Of a DNA stretch of 32,000 bases, positions 1 to 7,195 are shown in pieces. The position numbers and the translations under genes are program-made. Source of the stretch: Sedimentisphaera cyanobacteriorum (GTDB lineage: Bacteria; Planctomycetota; Phycisphaerae; Sedimentisphaerales; Sedimentisphaeraceae); assembly GCF_001997385.1 (NCBI RefSeq), contig NZ_CP019633.1, positions 1,080,001-1,112,000 of the forward strand, written 5' to 3'. Positions within the stretch are counted from its first letter, which is position 1, and the number at the start of each line of letters is the position of its first letter. A model generated the notes under the pieces. The model worked only from the letters and a program-made list of their open reading frames with translations. It had not been told where the DNA came from and did not search any database.

Positions 1-5
1 CAAAC

Positions 6-726
6 AGAAAGAAGCGGGAGATGTCCTCACGGAAGGCCCACGCGCATCAGCTTTTCGCTCAAAGACCTTGAGAAACAGTTCAAAAGAACAGGTTTTTAGC
101 CGCTCTTTATACCAACCGGCAGCTTGGCGTGTATTTCCGAATGAGATTATCTATATGGTCGCTTTGCCGTTTTATAGACGCGTATAAGTGGAGATTGTTC
201 AGAGCTCTGGTGAAGTTGTGGTCTTCCCATCGGATTTTGAAATACACATCGCCGTTGATATAGTCTGTGAGAAAGCGTGTGCCAATCATAAGAGATAAAA
301 GACGCACTGCCTGATTAATATGCTCTATTTCCGAACTGACAAGCACATCACCGCCAGCCTGCATAAAACCTTCCAGCAGACACTCAAACCTTTTTATATC
401 CAATGAGGCCGAGCAGAACTGCTCAGGGGATTCTTCTGATACGGTATTCGCTGCAGAACGTATCATATCGCCGAAATCAAACAAGACAGAACCCTTCATC
501 ACAGTATCAAGGTCGATTACGCAAAGAGGCCGGCCTGTTTCTTTGTCGAGAATAACATTATTAATCTTGGCATCGTTGTGGGTTATTCTAAGGGGAACTA
601 TGCCGGTTTCTATTTTATCCTGCAGAGACACCAGATCAGAGCTGTTTTCAAATACAAAATCAACCCATTCCTGCACAGAAGAAAGCCTGCCCGCCCTGTT
701 CTCTATAGCGGCCTGCTCGAGCTGTC
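6..726. repeat. Direct repeat copy 1 (~721 bp), a long target duplication abutting one end of the IS
   Basis: Manual alignment shows 6..726 equals 2598..3318 at a constant offset of 2592 with one mismatch (a417 vs c3009). Identity stops at 5/2597 and at 727/3319, exactly at the IS termini. Confidence 0.9.
107..726 (-). pseudogene. 3' fragment (about 205 codons plus stop) of the NahK-like kinase gene, a duplicated copy truncated by the IS end
   Basis: The translation is identical to the C-terminal part of the 2699..3832 protein except F vs C at one position. The ORF-track extension to 763 reads into the IS inverted repeat from a TTG and has no counterpart in the intact gene. Confidence 0.85.
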
Positions 727-741
727 CTGACTTCGGCGGTA
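727..741. repeat. IS terminal inverted repeat (transposase-distal end)
   Basis: CTGACTTCGGCGGTA is the exact reverse complement of 2582..2596. Confidence 0.85.
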
Positions 742-751
742 AATTTTCATA

Positions 752-781
752 AGTCCTTGTCAATAAAGGACTCGATTTTTT
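752..781 (+). terminator. Terminator-like hairpin plus T6 run just inside the IS end, oriented inward
   Basis: AGTCCTT (752..758) pairs with AAGGACT (766..772) across a 7-nt loop. It is followed by cgaTTTTTT (T run 776..781). Confidence 0.35.
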
Positions 782-829
782 GCGCAGGCACTACAAACCC
801 TATTTCGGAAGGTTTTTCGGCGGGTGAAA

Positions 830-2452
830 TTACATTTTGTAAGGCGTTGTATTGGTGCTGAGATTAACTGTTTTATAGAGTTTTCTTGCGTCCTCGTTAA
901 TCTTTGATGGCAGGACATATCTGCACTCTGTTTTCTTATCCCAGAGTATGCTCAGCTGCACGTGGTTGAGGGCATTTACAATCCTCGCCACAGACATCGG
1001 CTCAAATCTCAGCCGAACCCTGTAGGCCAGATTTCTCGCGCAGGTTAGAGCGATAAAGCATATCAGTATATGGGCTTTGATTCGTTTCGGCGTCCAGTGG
1101 TATATCGGCCGTATCTTCAGATCGTGCTTGCTTATCCTGAAGCACTCTTCAATCAGCCAGAGCTGCCTGTAATGATCTACTACAGCCGAATCATCCATAT
1201 CCTTAACATTCGTTATAACACCGTGAAGACCATCAAAATTCGCAGCCTCTTCATATTTCTCTTCATCTATCCGGCAATCTATATCGCCGGTAACACGCAT
1301 AAACTTCTTGTAGCCGTAGTTGCTTATAAGTGATTTGGGGTTGCTGCTCTTTTCAAGCTTCTCCTGGAGCTTTCTTATAGCTTCATCCCTGTCGTGCTTA
1401 TTCTTTTTAGCGAGTTTATCGCTGTAGGTAACAATAAGCCTTGTATCTTTGCCGTAATCAAAGCTTCTAAGCGGGGCATTGGATTCTGTAACCTTTGCTT
1501 TCCATTTATCAGTGAGGCTTTTAAGCCTCGCTGCCACAATATACTCAACTCCCTGCTTTTCAAGGTAATCAAGATTAGCCTTGCTAAGCATTGCGCTGTC
1601 TGCGGTGAAGATAACACGCTTGAGGTTGTATTTCTCTTTGATCTTAGGGATTACAGTATGCAGCGTATGCCCTTCATACTGATTGCCGGGGAATACCTCA
1701 TAACCTACTGGAAGCCCTTCTGATGTGGACAGAAGACCAAGGACAACCTGCGGCTGATTGAACTTCATATCCTTGCTGTAGCCGTTCTTTTTGAGCTCAT
1801 CTTCTGTAAATGATTCAAAATAAAGCGTGGTGCAGTCGTAGAAAAGAAGACTTATCTCTTCGCCGAGAAGGCCTTTAGCAGCACTGTGAGCACAGTTTTG
1901 AGCCTTGCTGATAATATCATCTGTGATATTATCCATCATACGGTAAACGCTGTCTAAAGAAAGGTTAATGCCGAAGTCTTTGGAGAGATCCTGAACGCTG
2001 CTGCGTTTGCTCACTGGGTTTGCAAGCCTTGCCATTGTGATATGACGAAGGTTTTTGCCTGCAGACTCTTTGCGTCTATCGAAAAGATTGTTAAAGCCAA
2101 GCTCATTGTAGATGCTGCCGAATACCTCATGGATGCCTGTAGTTATGCGTGCCTGTTCCCTGAGATTCTTTAGATTGACCCGCAAAGGCTTATCATCAAT
2201 GTTTTTGCGGGCAACTATTGCAGCTTCTGCAAGATGCTCAGGCTTGAAAAGTGCCGGCGTTTTCTCGGCCTCAAGCTTGGCCTTCTCGAATTCGGCAAAA
2301 TCCTTGAGCCGCTTAAGCTCTTCTTCTGTGAAGGCTGTGCCGAGATGACGAACTATACGCTGACGAGGCTGGTTCTTCTCGTTGCGATAACTCTCTACAA
2401 TCTGTACCGACTGCTTCGGACTGTTTTTTGATGTCTTTACTCGTATAAACAT
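830..2452 (-). CDS. IS1634-family DDE transposase
   Basis: 540-aa ORF. The N-terminus MFIRVKTSKNSPKQSVQIVESYR... is typical of IS1634-group transposases. Candidate DDE residues lie in LFYDCTTLYFES, VIFTADSAMLS and YRQLWLIEECFRISK (IS4-type Y-R-E-K block). Confidence 0.9.
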   Translation of the reverse strand: MFIRVKTSKNSPKQSVQIVESYRNEKNQPRQRIVRHLGTAFTEEELKRLKDFAEFEKAKLEAEKTPALFKPEHLAEAAIVARKNIDDKPLRVNLKNLREQARITTGIHEVFGSIYNELGFNNLFDRRKESAGKNLRHITMARLANPVSKRSSVQDLSKDFGINLSLDSVYRMMDNITDDIISKAQNCAHSAAKGLLGEEISLLFYDCTTLYFESFTEDELKKNGYSKDMKFNQPQVVLGLLSTSEGLPVGYEVFPGNQYEGHTLHTVIPKIKEKYNLKRVIFTADSAMLSKANLDYLEKQGVEYIVAARLKSLTDKWKAKVTESNAPLRSFDYGKDTRLIVTYSDKLAKKNKHDRDEAIRKLQEKLEKSSNPKSLISNYGYKKFMRVTGDIDCRIDEEKYEEAANFDGLHGVITNVKDMDDSAVVDHYRQLWLIEECFRISKHDLKIRPIYHWTPKRIKAHILICFIALTCARNLAYRVRLRFEPMSVARIVNALNHVQLSILWDKKTECRYVLPSKINEDARKLYKTVNLSTNTTPYKM

Positions 2453-2460
2453 AAATGCAG

Positions 2461-2488
2461 ATTATACGAAATCAAAACATTGTGTCAA
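2461..2488 (-). promoter_or_regulatory. Consensus sigma70-type promoter for the transposase (TTGACA-N16-TATAAT)
   Basis: On the minus strand, TTGACA lies at 2488..2483, followed by a 16-nt spacer and TATAAT at 2466..2461. The ATG (2452) lies only 8 nt after the -10 and no SD is visible. Confidence 0.6.
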
Positions 2489-2581
2489 AAAAATAAAAAA
2501 TTAGGCACTACGAGCGAACCGAACTTAACAAACCCTCATAACAGCCTCAAAACGCACTTTTTGCAGAGTTTTCCACAATCA

Positions 2582-2596
2582 TACCGCCGAAGTCAG
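2582..2596. repeat. IS terminal inverted repeat (transposase-proximal end)
   Basis: TACCGCCGAAGTCAG is the reverse complement of 727..741. Confidence 0.85.
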
Positions 2597-2597
2597 G

Positions 2598-3318
2598 AGA
2601 AAGAAGCGGGAGATGTCCTCACGGAAGGCCCACGCGCATCAGCTTTTCGCTCAAAGACCTTGAGAAACAGTTCAAAAGAACAGGTTTTTAGCCGCTCTTT
2701 ATACCAACCGGCAGCTTGGCGTGTATTTCCGAATGAGATTATCTATATGGTCGCTTTGCCGTTTTATAGACGCGTATAAGTGGAGATTGTTCAGAGCTCT
2801 GGTGAAGTTGTGGTCTTCCCATCGGATTTTGAAATACACATCGCCGTTGATATAGTCTGTGAGAAAGCGTGTGCCAATCATAAGAGATAAAAGACGCACT
2901 GCCTGATTAATATGCTCTATTTCCGAACTGACAAGCACATCACCGCCAGCCTGCATAAAACCTTCCAGCAGACACTCAAACCTTTTTATATCCAATGAGG
3001 CCGAGCAGCACTGCTCAGGGGATTCTTCTGATACGGTATTCGCTGCAGAACGTATCATATCGCCGAAATCAAACAAGACAGAACCCTTCATCACAGTATC
3101 AAGGTCGATTACGCAAAGAGGCCGGCCTGTTTCTTTGTCGAGAATAACATTATTAATCTTGGCATCGTTGTGGGTTATTCTAAGGGGAACTATGCCGGTT
3201 TCTATTTTATCCTGCAGAGACACCAGATCAGAGCTGTTTTCAAATACAAAATCAACCCATTCCTGCACAGAAGAAAGCCTGCCCGCCCTGTTCTCTATAG
3301 CGGCCTGCTCGAGCTGTC
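2598..3318. repeat. Direct repeat copy 2 (~721 bp), part of the intact kinase gene plus 101 nt downstream of it
   Basis: See copy 1. It starts directly after the IS end and ends in the middle of the kinase CDS. Confidence 0.9.
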
Positions 3319-3814
3319 TAAGGCGAAACTTGCCGTCGTGAAAATTGGGGATGGTTTCGTGAAGTTCATCTTGAAAATCTTCCATATTGGAAATAAAACT
3401 GCCGTATGCATAGGCAATATTGAAGAGTTTTTCAGGGTCTTCGAGGCTTTCGTGAGTTTTTCCGTCGATAAAAAGATGACACCTCCAGCAGTTCCCGCTG
3501 CTGTCGGTATAGAAATGCTCTCCACTGCGAGTTTTGAAAACCTTTAGAACACGTTTGTCCAGATCCTCCACCCCCGATTTGGCCAAAGCTGCTCGATGGT
3601 GATCTACTACACGCACCAGATTGTGCATAAGCTTATCGGGCTCAGTAAAAACTGAGGTGTTTATCCGCTGAAATATATAATTGTGTAAAACGCCTTCTTC
3701 CCGTGCAGTGATGTGATAGGTATTGTTTATATTGCCATTCCCGCACCTTTTCGCACAGTCAAACTCACCCCTGATATCAAAAGCTTCGAAGGCCTTTCTG
3801 ATTGTCTTCTTCAC
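2699..3814 (-). CDS. N-acetylhexosamine 1-kinase-like phosphotransferase (NahK/LnpB family, APH fold)
   Basis: Blocks match my recollection of Bifidobacterium NahK: GNGNINNTY, FQRINTSVF, PLRITHNDAKINNVILD, IDLDTVMKGSVLFDFGDMIR, RFLTDYINGDVYF. I prefer the GTG start at 3814, which is preceded by GGAGG-aaaa. The ORF-track TTG at 3832 lies inside the U-tract of the rpmA terminator. Confidence 0.8.
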   Translation of the reverse strand: MKKTIRKAFEAFDIRGEFDCAKRCGNGNINNTYHITAREEGVLHNYIFQRINTSVFTEPDKLMHNLVRVVDHHRAALAKSGVEDLDKRVLKVFKTRSGEHFYTDSSGNCWRCHLFIDGKTHESLEDPEKLFNIAYAYGSFISNMEDFQDELHETIPNFHDGKFRLRQLEQAAIENRAGRLSSVQEWVDFVFENSSDLVSLQDKIETGIVPLRITHNDAKINNVILDKETGRPLCVIDLDTVMKGSVLFDFGDMIRSAANTVSEESPEQCCSASLDIKRFECLLEGFMQAGGDVLVSSEIEHINQAVRLLSLMIGTRFLTDYINGDVYFKIRWEDHNFTRALNNLHLYASIKRQSDHIDNLIRKYTPSCRLV

Positions 3815-3824
3815 TTTTCCTCCG

Positions 3825-3859
3825 AAAATCAAAAGAGACGGCTCTGTTAAAGCCGCCTC
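3825..3859 (-). terminator. Intrinsic terminator downstream of rpmA
   Basis: The minus-sense RNA is GAGGCGGC-uuuaacaga-GCCGUCUC, an 8-bp stem with one G:U, followed by UUUUGAUUUU. The equivalent plus-sense hairpin would have an A:C mismatch, so it is strand-specific. Confidence 0.6.
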
Positions 3860-3885
3860 CTGTTATTCATTTTTAGGTAGCCTTT

Positions 3886-4131
3886 TTATGCTTCAGGGCA
3901 GTCTATATGAACTCTTTTGCCCTGAAATCTCACCTTGCCCTCTTTCAAGGCGAAAAGTGTGTAGTCTTTTCCAAGACCTACATTAAATCCCGGATGGAAT
4001 CTTGTGCCGCACTGACGAACAAGAATTGACCCGGCTTTTGCCTGCTGACCACCGTACAGCTTAATCCCGCGATACTGCGGATTGCTGTCTCTGCCGTTCC
4101 TGGATGAACCCTGACCTTTCTTATGTGCCAT
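3886..4131 (-). CDS. rpmA: 50S ribosomal protein L27
   Basis: [24 protein letters not shown]... is the canonical L27 N-terminus. An RBS (GAGGA) lies 7 nt upstream. Confidence 0.95.
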   Translation of the reverse strand: MAHKKGQGSSRNGRDSNPQYRGIKLYGGQQAKAGSILVRQCGTRFHPGFNVGLGKDYTLFALKEGKVRFQGKRVHIDCPEA

Positions 4132-4198
4132 TGATAAATCCTCTTATCAAAAAATTATCAAAATTCAGTTAAACTTTCACTGCTGTGAAAAGTTTATC

Positions 4199-4227
4199 AT
4201 ATTATGTTAAATGCAAATGTCCAGCAA
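4199..4227 (-). promoter_or_regulatory. Candidate sigma70-type promoter for rpmA (TTGCTG-N17-TAATAT)
   Basis: Minus strand: -35 at 4227..4222 and -10 at 4204..4199. It sits between the rpsT terminator and rpmA. The predicted leader of about 60 nt begins in a hairpin (4171..4195). Confidence 0.5.
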
Positions 4228-4240
4228 TTTCTGCCAAACG

Positions 4241-4280
4241 GGAAAGAAAAACCTGCAATTCGACAAAAGAAATGCAGGTT
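4241..4280 (-). terminator. Intrinsic terminator downstream of rpsT
   Basis: Minus sense: AACCTGCA (4280..4273) pairs with TGCAGGTT (4257..4250) across a 15-nt loop, followed by TTTTCTTTCC. Confidence 0.65.
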
Positions 4281-4304
4281 CACAGCTCGAAATTTTAAGA
4301 ATTC

Positions 4305-4586
4305 TCAGCCGGCCTGCTCTTTGCCTTGAAGCTCTTGAAGCTTTTTAGCCATACGAGCTTTGGTTCTTGAGGCGGTATTTTTGTGCATAGTTCCTTTAGC
4401 TGCCACCTTGTCAATGCGTCTCTGCACGGCAAGGTAATACTGCTCTGCCTCTTGAACCTCGTGATTTCTCACTGCAAGCTCAAACTTCTTAATCGCAGTG
4501 CGCACCATACTCTTGCGAGCGCGGTTGCGCTGCCTGCGTTTGACATTCTGCCGAACTCTTTTTTTGGCCGATAAAGAATGTGCCAC
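4305..4586 (-). CDS. rpsT: 30S ribosomal protein S20
   Basis: MAHSLSAKKRVRQNVKRRQRNRARKS... is typical of S20. It has a GTG start with GGAGA 7 nt upstream. Confidence 0.95.
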   Translation of the reverse strand: MAHSLSAKKRVRQNVKRRQRNRARKSMVRTAIKKFELAVRNHEVQEAEQYYLAVQRRIDKVAAKGTMHKNTASRTKARMAKKLQELQGKEQAG

Positions 4587-4941
4587 GTATAAATCTCCCT
4601 GATATTATATTTCTCAAAATCTTTCGACTGAGAGGTTATTCAATCGTTATTCTTAGAAACTGCGAATTATATAACCTGAGAAACGCTTTTCAAGAGAAAA
4701 ACAAAAAAATTTTCAGGTTTCAGAATAGCCGGAAACTAACTCGGATTCAATTTTACAGCGTTACAAATGCACATATCAGCGATTCTGCCCCTTTCCAGCA
4801 GGCCAAGGCTGAAAAATGAACATATTATGATAATTTTCGAAATAAAGATTGCTGGATTTTTTCTTGTGTTTATTTAAAATAGTCTGCTGAGTGTATGATT
4901 AATCAGTAAGAATGAAGCCGCAAGCTTCTCAGGATAATAAA

Positions 4942-5298
4942 ATGTTTATAAAAGCCTTAAAAGCAAAAATTCACAGAGCAAATATCACCGATTCGCAGCT
5001 CGAATACCCGGGGAGCATCGGAATAGACTCCGATCTGCTCGAGGCGTCCGGCATAGCGAATTATGAGGCAGTACTCGTAGCTAATGTGAACAACGGTGAA
5101 AGAATAGAGACCTACGTAGTTCCGGAACCTGCAGGCAGCGGGAAGATTACGATCCTCGGGGCTGCTGCAAGGAAATTTGAGCCTAAAGACGTAGTAATCA
5201 TTATAAGCTTCGGGCTGTACAGCCCCGAAGAGATGAGAACCCATAAACCTCGAGTTGTCTTGGCAGATCATAACAACGGGATCAAAGAAACTCGATAA
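4942..5298 (+). CDS. panD: Aspartate 1-decarboxylase proenzyme
   Basis: MFIKALKAKIHRANITDSQLEYPGSIGID... aligns with the PanD N-terminus, including the self-cleavage G-S site. I prefer the ATG at 4942 (AGGA 7 nt upstream) over the ORF-track start at 4912. Confidence 0.9.
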   Translation: MFIKALKAKIHRANITDSQLEYPGSIGIDSDLLEASGIANYEAVLVANVNNGERIETYVVPEPAGSGKITILGAAARKFEPKDVVIIISFGLYSPEEMRTHKPRVVLADHNNGIKETR

Positions 5299-5310
5299 CT
5301 CAAGGAATTT

Positions 5311-6309
5311 ATGTTTCCGGAACTGTTTAGAATACCTTTCACCGATCTTACGGTAAAAAGCTACGGGACTATGCTGGTGCTGGGTCTTTTCGCAGGTTTC
5401 TGGCTGATAAGGAAAATGTGCGCCAAGGCCGGCACGGGAACCAGCGCAGAAACACTGATAAACACGGCAATGTATTCGCTGATTGCCGGTATTGTTGGCG
5501 CAAGGGCGATGTATGTAGTACACTACAAGGTGTATAAAGAGGGGTTTATGGAAATTTTCGCTGTATGGAACGGCGGGCTTGAACTGCTCGGCGGAGTAAT
5601 ATTAGCGATTGCATTCATCCTGTTCTACCTCTGGAAGCAAAAATGCGACATGCTCACAAGCCTTGATGTACTCTCAGTTGCTTTGCTTGTCGGCATCGCG
5701 GTCGGGCGAATCGGCTGTTTCCTAAACGGCTGCTGCTACGGGCAGGTAACAGACCTACCTGTGGGGGTAGTATTCCCGTATGGTTCCATAGTTTACAATG
5801 CCCAGGCGCATCCGGATCCACTCAGAGACAGAGACGAGCCTTATATTGATCTGCCGGCGAAGTTTTACGGTCTCAATACAGAGAAGGGCTGGATTCCTGC
5901 CGGCGAAGAGAATAAAACGAAATATCCGCTAAAACCCAAAGATATGCTCACCGAGGCAGAGAAGAAACTGGTTAGCAGAGGCGGGCCGTATCAGGCAAAG
6001 CCGGTACATCCTACTCAGCTTTACTCCAGCGCTGCAAACGCTGTTAACTGTCTGCTCGCCTTTGTCTTTTGGCGACGATACGGCTCAGGCAGAAATAATG
6101 ACAAGAAATGCAAGGGCTGCACGTTCAGCCTTGTTTTTATACTGTATTCAATATCCCGCTTTCTGGTGGAATCTTTAAGAGACGACAACCCGTATGAAAT
6201 CGGTATGCTCACGATTTCCCAGCTTATCAGCATCGGGCTTTTCGCTGCCGGAGCTGCAGGATTAATTTACTACTCGACAAGGAAAAAAGCGAATGGGCTT
6301 ATACGATAG
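5311..6309 (+). CDS. lgt: Prolipoprotein diacylglyceryl transferase
   Basis: A multi-pass membrane protein with Lgt blocks GRIGCFLNGCCYG and HPTQLYSS. The start lies 12 nt after the panD stop. Confidence 0.9.
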   Translation: MFPELFRIPFTDLTVKSYGTMLVLGLFAGFWLIRKMCAKAGTGTSAETLINTAMYSLIAGIVGARAMYVVHYKVYKEGFMEIFAVWNGGLELLGGVILAIAFILFYLWKQKCDMLTSLDVLSVALLVGIAVGRIGCFLNGCCYGQVTDLPVGVVFPYGSIVYNAQAHPDPLRDRDEPYIDLPAKFYGLNTEKGWIPAGEENKTKYPLKPKDMLTEAEKKLVSRGGPYQAKPVHPTQLYSSAANAVNCLLAFVFWRRYGSGRNNDKKCKGCTFSLVFILYSISRFLVESLRDDNPYEIGMLTISQLISIGLFAAGAAGLIYYSTRKKANGLIR

Positions 6310-7150
6310 AGATTACGTACAATATAATTACCGGCCGAGGCATACAAATCCAACAGGCTTTCCTTCAATCACGCCTGTTGTGAAGATACTTCTGATTGCA
6401 AACATAGCGGCCTTCGCAATCGACCAGATCATGGGCGGTCAGATTAGTATGCTCTGTGCGCTGATAAACGAACCGCTAACCAGATCGCTGGAGCTTTGGC
6501 GGTTTGTAACGTTTCAGTTTATGCATGCCAGCGTGGGGCATATACTTATGAATATGATCGGTCTTTATTTTCTCGGCACGCATTTCGAGAGCAAATGGGG
6601 CTCTCAGCGATTTCTCGCGTTTTATCTAACCTGCGGGGTTGTTGGCGGGATATTTTTCTTCCTCTTTAAGATTATCGGATTTATCGGTCCGGGAGTTTTG
6701 GTGGGAGCATCAGGAGGCGTACTTGGACTGCTCGCTGCTGCTGCAATACTTTCGCCGCAGTTTGTTGTGTTTATATTCGTTTTCCCCGTACCGATAAGAA
6801 TGGCCGCAATAGTTATCACGATAATGTACGGGGTGAACGTTTTATCCGGAGGGCAGAATGCCGGCGGAGATGCTGCACATATTGGCGGTATGCTCGCAGG
6901 AGCGATTTACTGCTGGTGGCCAAAGATAAGGCGGACAAAATTCGGGCAGTTTGTAAGATCCAGCACGAAGGATTTTTCCTCGCATAAGCCGTTTCACTCG
7001 CAACCTGAACACCCTAATACGGTTACTCAGGCCGAAATAGACAGGATACTCAAGAAAATTCACGAAGAAGGCATTCATAAATTGTCCCAGAGAGAGCGGA
7101 ATATCCTTAAAAACGCCACCAAAAAAGAGCGTGAAAAGAACAGGCATTAA
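6293..7150 (+). CDS. Rhomboid-family intramembrane serine protease
   Basis: WRFVTFQFMHASVGHILMNM, the GASGGVLGLL catalytic Ser motif and the HIGGMLAG catalytic His motif are present. It overlaps the lgt 3' end by 17 nt. Confidence 0.85.
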   Translation: MGLYDRDYVQYNYRPRHTNPTGFPSITPVVKILLIANIAAFAIDQIMGGQISMLCALINEPLTRSLELWRFVTFQFMHASVGHILMNMIGLYFLGTHFESKWGSQRFLAFYLTCGVVGGIFFFLFKIIGFIGPGVLVGASGGVLGLLAAAAILSPQFVVFIFVFPVPIRMAAIVITIMYGVNVLSGGQNAGGDAAHIGGMLAGAIYCWWPKIRRTKFGQFVRSSTKDFSSHKPFHSQPEHPNTVTQAEIDRILKKIHEEGIHKLSQRERNILKNATKKEREKNRH

Positions 7151-7151
7151 A

Positions 7152-7174
7152 AGCTTGGGCTTGCGCTCAAGGCT
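7152..7174. terminator. Weak hairpin between the convergent rhomboid and pepF genes (possible bidirectional terminator)
   Basis: AGCTTGGGC-ttgc-GCTCAAGGCT forms about 9 bp with a bulge and a wobble or mismatch. The only U-tract, on the minus sense, is short (TTTAAT). Confidence 0.3.
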
Positions 7175-7195
7175 GTAAAGAGCAGAAGCGGCTTG

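Larger units (their letters stand above)
727..2596 (-). mobile_element. IS1634-family (IS4 superfamily) insertion sequence, about 1.87 kb, single transposase ORF
   Basis: Perfect 15-bp terminal inverted repeats (CTGACTTCGGCGGTA at 727..741, reverse complement at 2582..2596) bracket one 540-aa DDE transposase ORF. The ends are ambiguous by 1 nt, since c726/g2597 could extend the IR to 16 bp. The element is flanked by direct repeats. Confidence 0.85.

Noticed and set aside
107-763. A 218-aa ORF that looks like a complete small kinase-domain gene
   Set aside because: It is the duplicated 3' part of the 2699..3814 gene. Its first 12 codons are read from the IS inverted repeat starting at a TTG, so it is a truncated relic rather than an independent gene.
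727-2596. A composite transposon or cargo-carrying element
   Set aside because: Only one IS copy is in the window, and it contains nothing but the transposase. The flanking 721-bp repeats are host sequence, not IS sequence.
2480-2779. A 99-aa ORF crossing the IS end into the flanking repeat
   Set aside because: It spans the IS terminus and the 3' end of the kinase gene in antisense. It has a TTG start and no RBS, and is an artefact of the junction.
4587-4620. A TATAAT (minus strand, 4609..4604) as the rpsT promoter
   Set aside because: There is no acceptable -35 at 16 to 18 nt. The implied start site would fall inside the rpsT Shine-Dalgarno, so I did not call it.
4580-4819. A 79-aa ORF in the rpsT-panD intergenic region
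   Set aside because: It starts at a GTG overlapping the rpsT start on the other strand. The sequence is AT-rich and low-complexity with no RBS, so this is more likely a divergent promoter region.
4957-5523. A 188-aa minus-strand ORF spanning panD and the start of lgt
   Set aside because: It lies antisense to two confidently identified genes and crosses their intergenic gap. Its composition is unlike that of real proteins in this window.
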